A stretch of 64,000 nt of DNA from Anolis carolinensis (lineage: Eukaryota): positions 125,749,036-125,813,035 of the forward strand of contig NC_085842.1 in NCBI RefSeq assembly GCF_035594765.1, written 5' to 3'. Below the pieces are notes generated by a model. The model worked only from the letters and a program-made list of their open reading frames with translations, had not been told where the DNA came from and ran no database searches. The position numbers and the translations under genes were made by a program. Of this stretch, positions 23,230-35,279 are shown piece after piece. Numbering within the stretch: position 1 is the first letter of the stretch; the number at the start of each line of letters is the position of its first letter.

Positions 23230-25110
23230 ACAAAGAAAATAGAAAAGTTGGAGAATAGAAAATAGAAAGCCCTAACTAACGCTTCCTATTCTGTCTCTGC
23301 TGTTTTCTTCATAATAATAAAAACTATTATTTTTGTCATAAATATTCTCATCTTTGGTAGATTAAATTTCTAGGATTCTTTGGATATCATTGGAAATCCT
23401 GTTATACTTGTCACTAACTTCTCCGTTTTTCTTGTTATTCCTACATCTCTGCACTACTAGTTTTCCCTTAATAATATAAAAACCCAAATATTTTCATTTT
23501 CTTTTCTTCTTTTAAAATAGTCAATAAAGGGCTGCCATTCTTCTTCAAATTTGGAAAGATCTGGCAATTGTATAAGCCTTGTCGATTTGACCATCTCTGC
23601 CATGTCCAACATTTTTGTAATCCATAAATCTTGGGTGGGAATTTCTTCTTGCTTCCAATAGTAAGCATAAACAATAATTGCTGTAGTTACCATGTATAAA
23701 AAGAGCTTCAGGATTTTTTTTGGTAGTGTTGAATTTGTAAATCTCAATAGAAAACCCTCTGGCTCTAGTGGAAGTTTAAAGTGTTTTCAATGTTCATATG
23801 AATTATAATCCAGGAAAAATTGCTTTAGAACATGTCCACCACATATGGTAAAATGTTCCTTCTTTTTGATGGGATTTCTAACAAACATTTTTTTAAAATT
23901 TTAATTCCATCTTTGATCATCTTTCCAGCACCATGTATCATCTATACATCATTTTGTAGAAATTTTCTATTACTCCATAGCATCTTGTGAATTTAATCTT
24001 TGTTTTTCACATCTGTTCCCATTTGTCTAGGTGAATATTATGGCCCACATTGTTTGACCATTGAATCATAAAATCTTTGATTAGATATACTTTTGAGTCT
24101 AATTTTAATAATATTTTATAGACCTTAGCAATTTGTTTTTCCTTGGACTGGAAGAAAATATCTCATTTCCAATCGATGCCTGTATTCTTAACCTAATGGT
24201 ATCTTTCTTGTAGTTGTCTGTAGTTTCTGCAGGCGTAATTTTTTTTCCATTTTCTACACCACAGGTCACTTCCATCAGTGTGTTAGTATCTTGAAGGAAT
24301 TCATTGTAAAGTTCTGTACACTTGTTCAAGTTGGATTTTTAAATGGCCACAATTAATAGGGAGGAACACTTGTGGTTCCTGAATTACAAATTATCATAGT
24401 TGTTAAATATCTGGAAACATCGTAAATTGTATTTAAATTTAAGGTTTTTCTCATGGAGTTTAATCTGGGGAGTCCGATTCTGATGTCAGTATCAGTGAAT
24501 TAAGTTGTCTTCATGCTGAAAATGTTGATTAAACACCCACGACATCATAATTTGGTCGCTTCCACTATGTCAGCTATTGCTGCTATTGCAATGTAAATTG
24601 TCAGAAAGATAGGTAATGATAGTGTGAATAAATTATCAAAATTTTGTTGAGATAGTGCTTGCAGTTCTGGAGGAACTCCAGTTTTTGCTTCTCATAAACT
24701 AGCATGGGGATTTGGTTAACCAGTTAAAATTCCTGTTTGTTTTTTTTAACTTGGAAAATAGAGGGAGCGGTTAATTCATAACCTTTCCCTTGGCTACAGG
24801 CTTTCCACAAAGGTATTTTTAAGTAGAGTCTTGATTTGTACTTTTTCCATATCCTGTATAGTGTATGTTTTAGCAGGTGGCTCTTAAAAATATCTTTGTG
24901 GCAAAATTAGAGTCAATTAATATTCTTTCATATCCATGCCATCCATATCTTAAATCACGTCCTTCTAATATCAGTAGTCTTTTATTATCTAGAGTTATCC
25001 ATTTTTTTCATCCAAACTAGAATTGCAGTTTCCTAATATAGCTTAAAGTTTGGTAGAGCCATACTCCCTCTATCTTTGGCATCTTGCAATTATTTCATCT
25101 TAATTTGAGC
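23230..25110 (-). mobile_element. Degenerate L1 ORF2 3' portion with an unrelated block at ~24220-24800
   Basis: The reverse complement gives LQDAKDRGSMALPN, YRIWKKYKSRLYLKIPLW, GTFYHMWWTC and LFLYMVTTA..YAYYWKQEEIPT..W..EWQPFIDY. Confidence 0.85.
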
Positions 25111-27770
25111 AGGAGAAGATACTGCAAAGCTTTATTAGGTGAGATAGATGTACCTGTCCTTCTTCACCACCTTAATGCTAAATTTCAGCCATACCCTTCC
25201 CTTCCCAACCAAGCCATTGCCTCACCTGTGTGAAGTAACACTAACAGATCTAAGTCTTTCTCCAATCCTTCTTGTCTTTCTCTCCAATAGCAAATCAATA
25301 ACTACATTTTAAGGGGATGAAAGTTGGGGTTTGGAAGTGAGATAAGGTTAGGTCAATTCAGGCTGCTTATCAGATCTTTACAGTACCATGCTAGTCAAAA
25401 CAGCCTTTCATGTGATCACCAGGCTCTAACAAAACTTGCATATGTTGACTTGGCTTTTTTATTTCACTTGACTGCTGTGTGGATGAAGGTGTGAACAAAA
25501 TTCAAGATGGACATCGCACTGTTTCAGTACTCAAAATGTGGTCCATATATGTACAAGATACATTATGAGAGAGGGGGAAAATTGGGCTTTTGCCTATGGA
25601 AGGAGATGATACAGCATGTTTTTTTTTCATATGTACACAGATCCATTATTTACAATTCTCTTGTTGGATAAGATACAGACAAAATGCTGGTTGTCTTGCC
25701 TTAATAGCATATGGGAAACTTTGAATCCTGCAGAAATGTAATATTTAATTGCAAACACCACACAACCGAAGATTCAAAAAGAGGGAATTGCCTCTTTCTG
25801 AGATTATAAGGGGTATCAGAAAATGGGAATGAACTGCACTGGGTAGATTATGTTATTGGTTCTATTTAAGCAATCTATTCCTCTAATCCAGAGATGTGGA
25901 TTAGAAAATACTGACTCTGCTTTTCTGGAATGCTGTGAATACACCCACCCCACCCACCTGCACTCCACTTCTGGTCTTTCTACTAAAGAGAGAGTTGAAT
26001 ATCAGTTTGAAAAAATGTCCATCAACAGCATAGTTGTTATGTTATTTAATACTTTCCTTTTGTCTATGGGTGATGGAATAGGCAGGGGTGAATCAATCAT
26101 GTCTATAAACCCCATATTTGAAGAGAATCACAGAAATTTAGAAGACAATATATCCCTACTTCTGTGTGTTGATGCAAAAATGGCTGGAGTCACAACTACA
26201 GAACATTTATGTAGAAACATAGCAGCCTAGAATTGGATCTCAGTAATGGCTAGCCTTTTACTATTTGCATGAAGCCTGTTCTTGTGGCAGGACTCTCAGG
26301 AAGAGGATATGATATCAGTTGCAGAAAATGTTGGTACCCTTCATTTTTGTCCTCCAGGACTGGCAAAAGGAAGAGCTCAATAAGGCAGGAGCTCATCAAA
26401 TACACAATTCCGAGCCATTTATGTACTAGGGGACTAGGCAACATTGAATGTAAACATTAATCTTAATCTACTTCATACTTTTAAACAGCGAAGAGAAAGG
26501 GGGCTTTCCAATACCCGTATATGCTTAATTTGCTACATGTTTCCCTCTTCCATCATCTGTTGTTTGTAGAATTCACCCACTTCCTTTGTATACGTCTCTC
26601 TGGATTATTCTTCAGGCTTGTTTAATTTCTTTTCTTCAAAAGGAAAGATTATTTTTAGCAACAGGTTGCAATCCTTTTATAATTATAATCTAAAACTTTG
26701 CAGAGCTTTTTCTATTTCCCATAAGTCATATGAGGCATCTAATACTGTGTCTGAAGTTAAATTTCATGCACAAGAATAACAGGTTCAGATCCCTGGACTT
26801 TGTTATGATTGAGTCTGTATGGTTTTAATTTCTTTTCTATGGTTGGAGAGCAATCCTTTTAAAATCAGCATCTACAAAGAGAAGTTTTCTTTTAGAAAGT
26901 ATATAAATCTTATGAAAGGTTTTTATGCTATGATATATTCTGCTGCTGATATTGAAATAGCCACCTGGCATGGACAGATAAAGATGCACTACTGTTTTTC
27001 AAAAGGTCAGCTATTTTTTGATGCTACTATATATTTAGAAGCCATAACAGTGAATCCAATTCACCAGGAACAAATATCATTTGATATATTTCCCAGCTGG
27101 ACTATATGCAATGCAGACCTACACCATGATTTGGAACTCTGCAATATTCATACCATACAAAAAATAATTAAGGCAAAAATCAAGCTGGACAGACAATTAC
27201 CAGATGATGAAAGAAAGAAAAATATTAAGAAAATGAATTGTGGCAGGCTAATTGCAATTATTTTTGGATGACAGGTGCAGAAATTGTCTGGAACAACTGT
27301 CAAGATATTTTAAAGTTAAAAGGGTGGGTTTTTTCTGTCACTTTTTCAAATTCTGAAGCTCAGGAAAAATATCTTCCTATGATTTATATAAGATTTCCAG
27401 TAGGCATTTTGCTGACAGAAAAAAGTGCAGTAGCACAATCCGGCAAGTTGTTAAATACGCTTATGTCCTATGAACTTTAAAAAGATCTGCAAATGTGCCG
27501 GCTGTGTAAAAATATGTGACCCAATGTTTTATTAGCAATATATCCATTTGGATTAGTGATCACATGTAGGCATTATTTTGGCAAAGACAAAATATTTGCA
27601 CAATATGACAAAGAGATTTTCAGCAAGGTAATCATGTGGAACTGTAGTGATCACCTTAATCATAGAATCATAGAGTTGGAAGAGACCTCGTGGGCCATCC
27701 AGTCCAATCCCTTGCCAAGCAGCAGGAACATTGCATTCAAAGCACCCCTGACAGCTGGCCATCCAACCTC

Positions 27771-27835
27771 AGCTGCCCTGAGTCCCCTCGGTGAGAAGAG
27801 CGGGGTATAAATAATTGAAATAAATAAATAAATAA
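27771..27835 (+). mobile_element. Extremely 5'-truncated L2-type tail inserted in CR1
   Basis: gccctgagtcccctcggtgagaagagcggggtataaat plus (aaat)n. Confidence 0.8.
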
Positions 27836-28463
27836 AAACCTCCAAAGAAGGAGCCTCTACCACATTCTGTGGCAGAGAGTTCGACTGATGAACAGCTCTC
27901 ACAGTCAGGAAGTTCTTCCTTATGTTCAGGTGGAATCTTCTTTCTTGTAGTTTGAAGCCATTGTTCCACGTCCTAGCCTTCAGGGCAGCAGAAAATAAGC
28001 CTGGTTCTTCCTCCCTAAGACTTCCCCTCACATATTTATATATGACCATCATGTCTCCTCTCAGCCTTCTCTTTTGCAGGCTAAACATGCCCAGCTCTTT
28101 CAGCCGCTCCTCATAGGGCTTGTTCTCCAGACCCTTGATCATTTTAGTTACCCTCCTCTGACACATTCCAGCTTGTCAACATCTTCCTTCAATTGTGGTG
28201 CCCAGAACTGGACACAGTATTCCAGGTGTAATCTGACCACGGCAGAATAGAGGGGTAGCATGACTTCCCTGGATCTAGACACTATGCTCCTATTTATGCA
28301 GGCCAAATCCCATTGGCTTCTTTGCCACTGCATCACATTGTTGGCTCATGTTTAAGTTGTTGTCCACAAGGACTCCGAGATCTTTTTCATACATACTGCT
28401 GACGAGCCAGGTGTTCCTCGTTCTGTATCTTTGCATTTCATTTTTTCTGCCTAAGTGGAGTAT

Positions 28464-29345
28464 TGTGATGTCTCATGGGCCATGGAGTCCTGATCCCAGT
28501 GCCATTGTGGCTGATGAGGAGGAAAACAGGGGATTTTTGCCGGCTCAGCAAGAGCCGGAATCTTTCCAGATGCCTGTTGTTGATGATTCTACCCGAGAGC
28601 CCATTAAGAAAGAACTTGAACAGGCCTTCCCCACTGCCTCCCCTCCTTTTCCCAGGAAACAGTTCTATGCGGCGGGCAGGGGCGAGAAAGAGCAGGTTCG
28701 GAGGAGCTTGAGAATAGCAGCTAAACAAGACGTTAATTAGCCATGTTCCCCTGGGAAATTCTAGGGAGGAACGCATCTGGAGGGAGATGTGTTTTGTTCT
28801 CCTTTCCCTTGGGAAAGGAAGCTCAGGACACCTGCTTTGCAGAGAAATTAAACCGGGATAAAAGTGCCTGACACGAAGAATTCCGTGCGGAGTCAACAGA
28901 TCAACTTCGGGAGTGATTTCGTGGTTCCAGCCAAGTGCGGACTTCGCAAAGTCCGCAACTCCAGTTCCTTGCCTTGCCTTGACTAGCCAAGTACTCAAGA
29001 ACTATCTTGCCTTGTTTCCAGCCTTGGACCTTGCTTCTAGTATCAAGCCTTGTTTCTAATTTTGCTGTGGACTTACTCTGAACTTTGGAAGGAGTTTGGA
29101 CGTTTCCCCACTCTATTGCTTGCGAATAGAGTGTGTTTAGGTTTGGATCTACAACTTTGGACTCTAATATAAAATATTGGACAATATAATTTTGGACTAT
29201 TTCTGACCTTTCCTGAAAGGTCTTTTGTTGGACTATATTTCCTACTTGCTTTTATTATTCTTACATATTCCCTTAATAAAGATGTTAGATAGTTTTTGGC
29301 CTCCGTGTGTCGGTTCTTAGTGCTCTCGTTGCCCTGGGCGTGACA
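28464..29345 (+). mobile_element. Solo LTR (882 bp) inserted in CR1
   Basis: tgtgatg...cgtgaca termini; exact 5-bp TSD agtat at 28459-28463 and 29346-29350; removing it restores CR1 NCKILHLG; TATA-like gataaaag ~28857; aataaa at 29275-29280. Confidence 0.93.
28465..28740 (+). CDS. Putative ORF within LTR U3 (~91 aa) ending RRSLRIAAKQDVN; probably the tail of a retroelement ORF
   Basis: Frame is open from LTR base 2 (ATG at 28468) to the stop at 28738-28740. No expression evidence. Confidence 0.4.
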   Translation: MMSHGPWSPDPSAIVADEEENRGFLPAQQEPESFQMPVVDDSTREPIKKELEQAFPTASPPFPRKQFYAAGRGEKEQVRRSLRIAAKQDVN

Positions 29346-29548
29346 AGTATCTTGCAGTTGTCCCTGTTAAACTTCATTTTGTTAGTTTTGGCTGATCTTT
29401 CTAATCTATTAAGATCATTTTGAATTTTGCTCCTGTCTTCTGGAGTATTAGCTATCTCTCCCAATTTGGTGTCATCTGCAAACTTGATGATCATACCTTC
29501 TGGCCCTTCATTTAAGTCAATAATAAAAATGTTGACCAGACTCCAATA

Positions 29549-29723
29549 NNNNNNNNNNNNNNNNNNNNNNNNNNNNNNNNNNNNNNNNNNNNNNNNNNNN
29601 NNNNNNNNNNNNNNNNNNNNNNNNNNNNNNNNNNNNNNNNNNNNNNNNNNNNNNNNNNNNNNNNNNNNNNNNNNNNNNNNNNNNNNNNNNNNNNNNNNNN
29701 NNNNNNNNNNNNNNNNNNNNNNN
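29549..29723. other. Assembly gap (N run)
   Basis: Run of n characters. Confidence 1.
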
Positions 29724-30015
29724 ATGTAATAATTATAACATATTGTATATACATATAATATTCATAATATTATATTGTAATACGATATAATACTAATAAT
29801 ACAATATAATAATATTAGTTATATATCATATTTTACATGTAATATTACTAATAATATTACAATATGTTGATACAGTACAATATAGTAATTTGTTACCAGT
29901 ATTATACTATACTAATATAATATTGTATGTAAATTTAATTTGTAAGCCGCTCTGAGTCCCCTTCAGGGTGAGAAGGACGGCATATAAATGTAGCAAATAA
30001 TAAATAAATAAATAA
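29724..30015 (+). repeat. AT-rich low-complexity tract ending in an L2-type tail
   Basis: Degenerate (taa/tat) tract, then tgtaagccgctctgagtccccttcagggtgagaaggacggc plus (taaa)n. Confidence 0.75.
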
Positions 30016-30212
30016 TTAATAAAAATAAATTTGATAATAGAACCTAATTGAAAATAAAGAGGAAAATTGTCACTCAATGGGTAACATTCAAGAGGGCAGA
30101 GCAGCTATACAAAGAAATGAGAAAGGAAATTGTAGACCACAGGGGAGACGATTGGAAGTCGAATTTTTCCAGCTACCCCCTTTCCTTACCCAGATCCCTA
30201 GAATGTTGGAAC

Positions 30213-30418
30213 TGCAAACTTGATGATAATGCCTTCTAGACCTTCATCTAAGTCATTAATAAAGATGTTGAACAGAATCGGGCCCAGGACGGAAACCTGC
30301 TTATGGCACTCCACTAGTCACTTGTTTCCAGGATGAAGAGAAAGCATTGGTGATCACCCTTTGGGTTCCTTCACTTAGCCAATTACAGATCCATCTAACT
30401 GTAGTTTTGCCTAGCCCC
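30213..30418 (-). mobile_element. CR1 RT fragment
   Basis: The reverse complement gives VTSGVP..SVLGPILFNIFINDLDEGLEGIIIKFA. Confidence 0.9.
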
Positions 30419-30568
30419 ATTTCAAAACAATGTCAAACATATTGCTGTTTATTAAGGTGAGATATGCATAAACCTTTTGCCCACATAATTTTGTGGTTTA
30501 ATTCTTTTTTTCTGAATTAATTAACTATGTGTGCATTGAGAAATTACCATTAAAAGGATGAAAATATA

Positions 30569-32319
30569 CAGGGCCGGCCCTAGGTAATTTTCAAGTGTAG
30601 GCGAACAGAATTTTGGCGCCCCCCCCCCCCCCAAACCAATCACTGAAAAATAAAAGTGTTGGATAAGCAAAGATGTTGGATAATAAGGAGGGATTAAGGA
30701 AAAGCCTATTAAACATCAAATTACATTATGATTTTACAAATTAAGCACCAAAACATCATGTTTTACAACAAATCAACAGAAAATGTAGTTCAATACATGG
30801 TAATGTTATGTAGGAATTACTATATTTGTGAATTTAGCACCAAACATTGAACTGGGATATAGGGCAGTGTGGACTCGGATAACCCAGTTCAAAGCAGCTA
30901 TTATGGATTAGCTGCCTTGATTTTCTGGGTTATATGGCTGTGTGGAAGGATCCTCAGTGCTCTTCCACACAGCCATATAACCCAGAATGTCTGCTTTGAA
31001 TTGGGTTATCTGAGTCCACACTGCCATATAATCCAGTTCAAAGCAGCTATTGTGGATTATCTGCTTTGATATTCTGGGTTATATGGCTGTGTGGAAGGAT
31101 CTTCAGTGCTCTTCCACACAGCCATATAACCCAGAATATCAAGGCAGATAATCCACAATAGCTGCTTTGAACTGGATTATATGGCAGTGTGGACTCAGAT
31201 AAACAAGATCAAGGCAGATATTGTGGGTTATATCTGTTTTGAAGTGGGGTATCTGAGTCCACACTGCCACATATTTGAGTTCAAAGCAGAAAACGTGGGA
31301 TTTTTATCCAGCTGTGTGGAAGGGGCCCCAGATCATTGCTGCTTTCTTACCTGCGGGGCCAACCAAAACGAGAGCGGTGGGGTGACTTGAAAAAGTGAAT
31401 GGCTTGCCCTGGATCAAAGAAAGGGAAAGAGCCAGCTACTGCAATAAAGGGGGAAAAAATGTTTCCCTCCGGTGGGCAGGAGCAGGAGGAGGACAGGGAG
31501 GAGATGGAGGGCAAGAGCAACCCCTTTTCCAAGGCACCCACACCAGCAGTGGCTCGCAGTGCAGCAGTAGGAGAGAGGGCTCCCTTGGGTCCATCATTGG
31601 ATGGCTCCCCCCAGGTGCCGGCAGGCTACACAGGAGGCGAAGCAGCGCCCCAACAAGCAGCCCCAGCCTAGCCGCCATGGTGCACTCCCAACAGCCCAGC
31701 GGACCGGCTGCTTCTGAGGAGAGGGGGGCGCTGGCAGCAGGTAGGAGAAGGAGGGTTGGAGGAGGAGGACAGAGGAGGGGCTGGCAGCACCTCGTGCCAC
31801 CTAGGAATCCCCTCACCCCCTCCCACTCCCTCCCTCCACTCCCTCCCCCCTGAGTCCCTGGCCTTGTGAGGCGGAGGCTTTGGGATGGCCCTGGGAAGCT
31901 CAGAGGTGCCTAGGTGGGCTGAGGCGGAAGGGGAGGGAGTGGAGGGAGGGAGTGAGAGGAGGCGAGGGGCTTCCTGGGCAGCGCGAGGTGCTGCCAGCCC
32001 CTCCTCCTTCCTCCTTCTCTGACCCTCCTTTGCCTACCTGCTGCCGAGAGGCGGGCCGAGGCCAGGCCATGGAGGCAGGCCCAGGCCACGGAGGCGGGCC
32101 AGGCCACAGAGGGGCTGTGGGCAGTGTACCAGGAGGGAGGCCCAGGTGCAGCCTTCCTCTCCTTCCGCTGCTTTGTCCTTGCTGCCTCTGCCTATTCTAG
32201 GAGGGAGGAGGTCGGAGGGTGCAAAGAGGGCAGGGGAGCCAGGGGGGGGGGAGGCAGTCTGCGCCCTTCCAACTCATGGCACCTTCAGCCTAGTTCGCCT
32301 AATGGTTGAACCGCCCCTG
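30569..32319. mobile_element. Composite non-autonomous hAT element carrying a Tc1-MITE fragment, a Harbinger-MITE array and GC-rich cargo
   Basis: Termini cagggccggccc / gaaccgcccctg match the TSD-flanked copy at 56484-56810; flanks aaaatata and cttaccag do not form a TSD. Confidence 0.8.
31733..32045. repeat. GC-rich inverted repeat, ~116-bp arms (31733-31848 and 31930-32045)
   Basis: The arms are reverse complements with about 15 mismatches by eye; this is mirrored in the ORF track (RRGWQHL..SHSLPPLPP on both strands). Confidence 0.85.
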
Positions 32320-33210
32320 CTTACCAGATTATAAAATTCCTAAGCAAATTCTATTTTTTCACTATGGCGCTGAACTTATGTTATGTAGGACACAACAGGA
32401 ATTTAAAACAGCAGAAATATATAACTTTAACTAAATTAACTCTTCTGATTAAATTTCATCCAGTTGTGAAGAATGCAGGGATATGATAATATTTTAAAAA
32501 GTCAATCCTAATTATGACACATATTACTAATCATTTAGAATTGAGATACAAGCTATGCCCAACTCTTCTCTGATCTAGCCAGCACAGCCAGCGATAGGGA
32601 GTGAAGTGGAACATCTGTAAGACTACAAGTTGCCTACCCTGATCTGGATATACGTCTGGTTTAGCAACTGAAAAGTGCCTCCATCATCTGAACATTTCTA
32701 ACATTTAATCCTATCTGTATTGTTAGGGTAACAAGATGGATATAGTACACCTTTTCATAGCACATCACATTAGAATAGACAGACACTATGGACAGTTAAT
32801 AATACTGACTCAAGAATATCATTTTTGAGTAGAGTTTACCATACCAACATCCCAAGCTGTAGATTTAAACCACAAATATTGACAGGGTGATAAAGACCAG
32901 GACTGTAATGGAACAGAAAATATCCTCATAAAACAGGACTTTTCCTCCCAGCAATCCAAAAGTTGTCCAGAATAGACTTTGAGTGTACATACATGGAAGA
33001 AAAATCTCCCTCACTCTATTCACTTACAGATGTCATTCCATCAGTAGGAGGGTCTACGTCAGTGGAAGTCAATTGGGTTGAGAAGTTTCATTGTTTTCCA
33101 TGGGATTTGGGGAGGCTGTTCCCTGCTTCTGATTTCAGCTACATTTAAAAATGCTTCTTACACCCCCTAAGGGGACATATGGGGGAAATTGCATTATATC
33201 CTCCTTTGGT

Positions 33211-33411
33211 ACCATGTGAACACACCAATCTCATATGATTTTGGAAACTAAATTGAGCGAGGCCAGGTCTGGTCAGCTTAGGAAAATACTAAGGGATATC
33301 AGGGATCTTTAGACAGGACTAGAAAAGAATTGTTTCTGGAGAGCCACTGCAGGTCAGAGTTGACAATACTGGACTAGATTGGACTTGATATAAAACAATT
33401 TTATGTTCTTA
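33211..33411 (+). mobile_element. Old 5S-rRNA-derived SINE with a LINE-like tail
   Basis: tgaacacaccaatctcatatgattttggaaactaa aligns by eye to 5S tgaacgcgcccgatctcgtctgatctcggaagctaa; tail ctggagagccactgc..gacaatactggactaga..tatgttctta. Confidence 0.6.
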
Positions 33412-33435
33412 TATTTATAAGAAAATATCCAAGAC

Positions 33436-33561
33436 GTATGAATATACTGGCATGCTGAAACCATCCATCATTGAGAAATGGGACCATCTTATATTGGCAA
33501 ACATATATTCTGGAGTCTCAGCTTACTTATGGATAGTTTCAGCATGCCAGTAGATTCATAC
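33436..33561. repeat. Inverted repeat: 33-bp arms with 2 mismatches and a 60-bp spacer
   Basis: gtatgaatatactggcatgctgaaaccatccat versus rc gtatgaatctactggcatgctgaaactatccat. Confidence 0.9.
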
Positions 33562-34100
33562 CGTTTAAAAGTAACTTTCCAAACTCTGCCTAAGATAACA
33601 AGTCACTCATTGGTCCTGTTCAAAACCTTGAACCTGTGAGTTTTGATGTCAAAAGGTTTAGGAAGCTGAGATCAAGAGAATAACAAAGCAGAATGGCGTC
33701 ATTCAAGGGAAAAGGCAAAATTACAGCCTAATTAACAGGAACAAGTGGAATGATTCTCAAATGTGAGACAAGTAGAAGTGATATGTGTCTGACTTTTCAA
33801 ACTCTGAACTGTATAGTTAAAAGGGAATAGAGATATATGTTTCTAGTTCTAAGGGTCTGAGTCTTTCTCTCCAAAGACAGCTGAAAGCACTAAAGAGAAT
33901 TTGTAATTATAGTTCACATAATTTTTTCTAATTCGATTAACTTGAGAATTATGAGGCTGAAAACAGAAGCTTTGTCGGGTACTGTGACTTAACACTCAAA
34001 TATGAATTAATACTTTTTCATTTCAAAGTTTTATTCCTAACAGCAAAGCTTTTGTGCAAATTGGAAATGAGGGGGAAATATAACACAAACATGCTAGTCA

Positions 34101-34200
34101 CAGATGCACAGGAGAAAATGCTGCTAGAATGTGGCCATACAACCTGGAAACCACACAGCACTCCAGTGATTCAGGCCATGAAAGCCTTTGACAATACATT
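34101..34200 (+). mobile_element. Penelope-like element terminal fragment
   Basis: ggccatgaaagcctttgacaataca terminus is the reverse complement of the ends at 37948, 39586 and 52683. Confidence 0.85.
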
Positions 34201-35279
34201 AATCTATGATAACACCCATGACAGCAAATTTCAAAACTGACCTCAGCAACATCTTAATTAGACCAGTCAAAATGTCACAAACCAGTGAGCAAGTGTCTGT
34301 GTTCTCCTAAATGTTGCATCAGCTGAATATCAAGTTGTCTTATTCTCCTTTCTCTTTTATCACACACTGAAAATCATTCTGAATATCAGGTAAAATGGAA
34401 TATTAAGTAAAATATGCACTGGGAAGGAGCACATGAAGCAAAATGAAACAAGAAGCATTAGGAAAATGAAAACAAATGACCGACGAAAGATAAGAAAATT
34501 AGCAGGATTAGGCACACTCAAAATATCTAATCCAAGCACATTAATGTTTGAAAGAGAAAAAGCATTAACTAATATATTTATGCATACATTTATTTCAATT
34601 TAAGTTAGATGTTTGTGCTAAAACTGTACAAAAAAAGAAACTGCCTATCTGTGTTTTTTCTCTCTTGCTTCCCATCCCTTTTGTATTTGGGAAAGAAAGA
34701 AACACCTACATGAATTTTGAAGGTTCAGTTTCTCATCTACTTCTCCCCAAACTCTTCTCTTGTTTTACTTGCTCCCTCTTTATAACTTAATTTCCTTATC
34801 TAGGCTCCCCCCCCCCACACACACACACACACACGTTTAAAATTCAGTTTCCTGCAACAGATATGAAGACTCTGTGTGATATCTATTGACAGGCACAGAA
34901 GGACCATATGAATGCAAAGAATGTTAAGGATTGTAGATGATGTTGAATAGAAGCTCTTACATCTACCTGTGAACCAAAGTCACCCTGCAGATGTGCTGCT
35001 CAGCTTTGTAGAACAATTAACAGGAACTTTACTGACTTCAAAATAGTCTCTTTGATTGCTTACAGAGAACAGAAGGAATAAATAACCCTTTTAGAATCCA
35101 CAAAATTGCCCCAGAGCCTTAGAAATAACAGGGCTTCTGAGAGCTGGCAGCCATCTTCTTTTCTGGCTGTTTCCAGTCAGCATGCACACACTCATTCTAA
35201 AGTAATACCTGCTCAAACCAATTCCCCAGTGGCATGGCAGAGACACTGACCAATCAGATTCCTAACTGTTCGCAGGCCC

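Larger units (their letters stand above)
27659..29545 (-). mobile_element. CR1 LINE 3' region, interrupted by an L2 tail and a solo LTR, running into a gap
   Basis: IIKFADDTKLG (ORF 29285-29494), [31 protein letters not shown]; tail rc (attctatg)n at 27659. Confidence 0.96.

Noticed and set aside
26819-27480. 150-aa and 80-aa ORFs in unique sequence
   Set aside because: No recognisable motif or convincing splice structure; compatible with chance ORFs.
29477-30280. About 66 bp of CR1 RT sequence present on both sides of the gap
   Set aside because: The first copy abuts a contig end, so an assembly artefact or two separate CR1 copies cannot be told apart from a real duplication.
31395-32334. 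Cluster of overlapping 60-150 aa ORFs suggesting a CpG-island gene
   Set aside because: GC-rich, stop-poor cargo within hAT termini. The mirrored peptides come from the inverted repeat, and no domain is recognisable.
33211-33312. Functional 5S rRNA gene
   Set aside because: Too diverged and fused to a retroposon tail.
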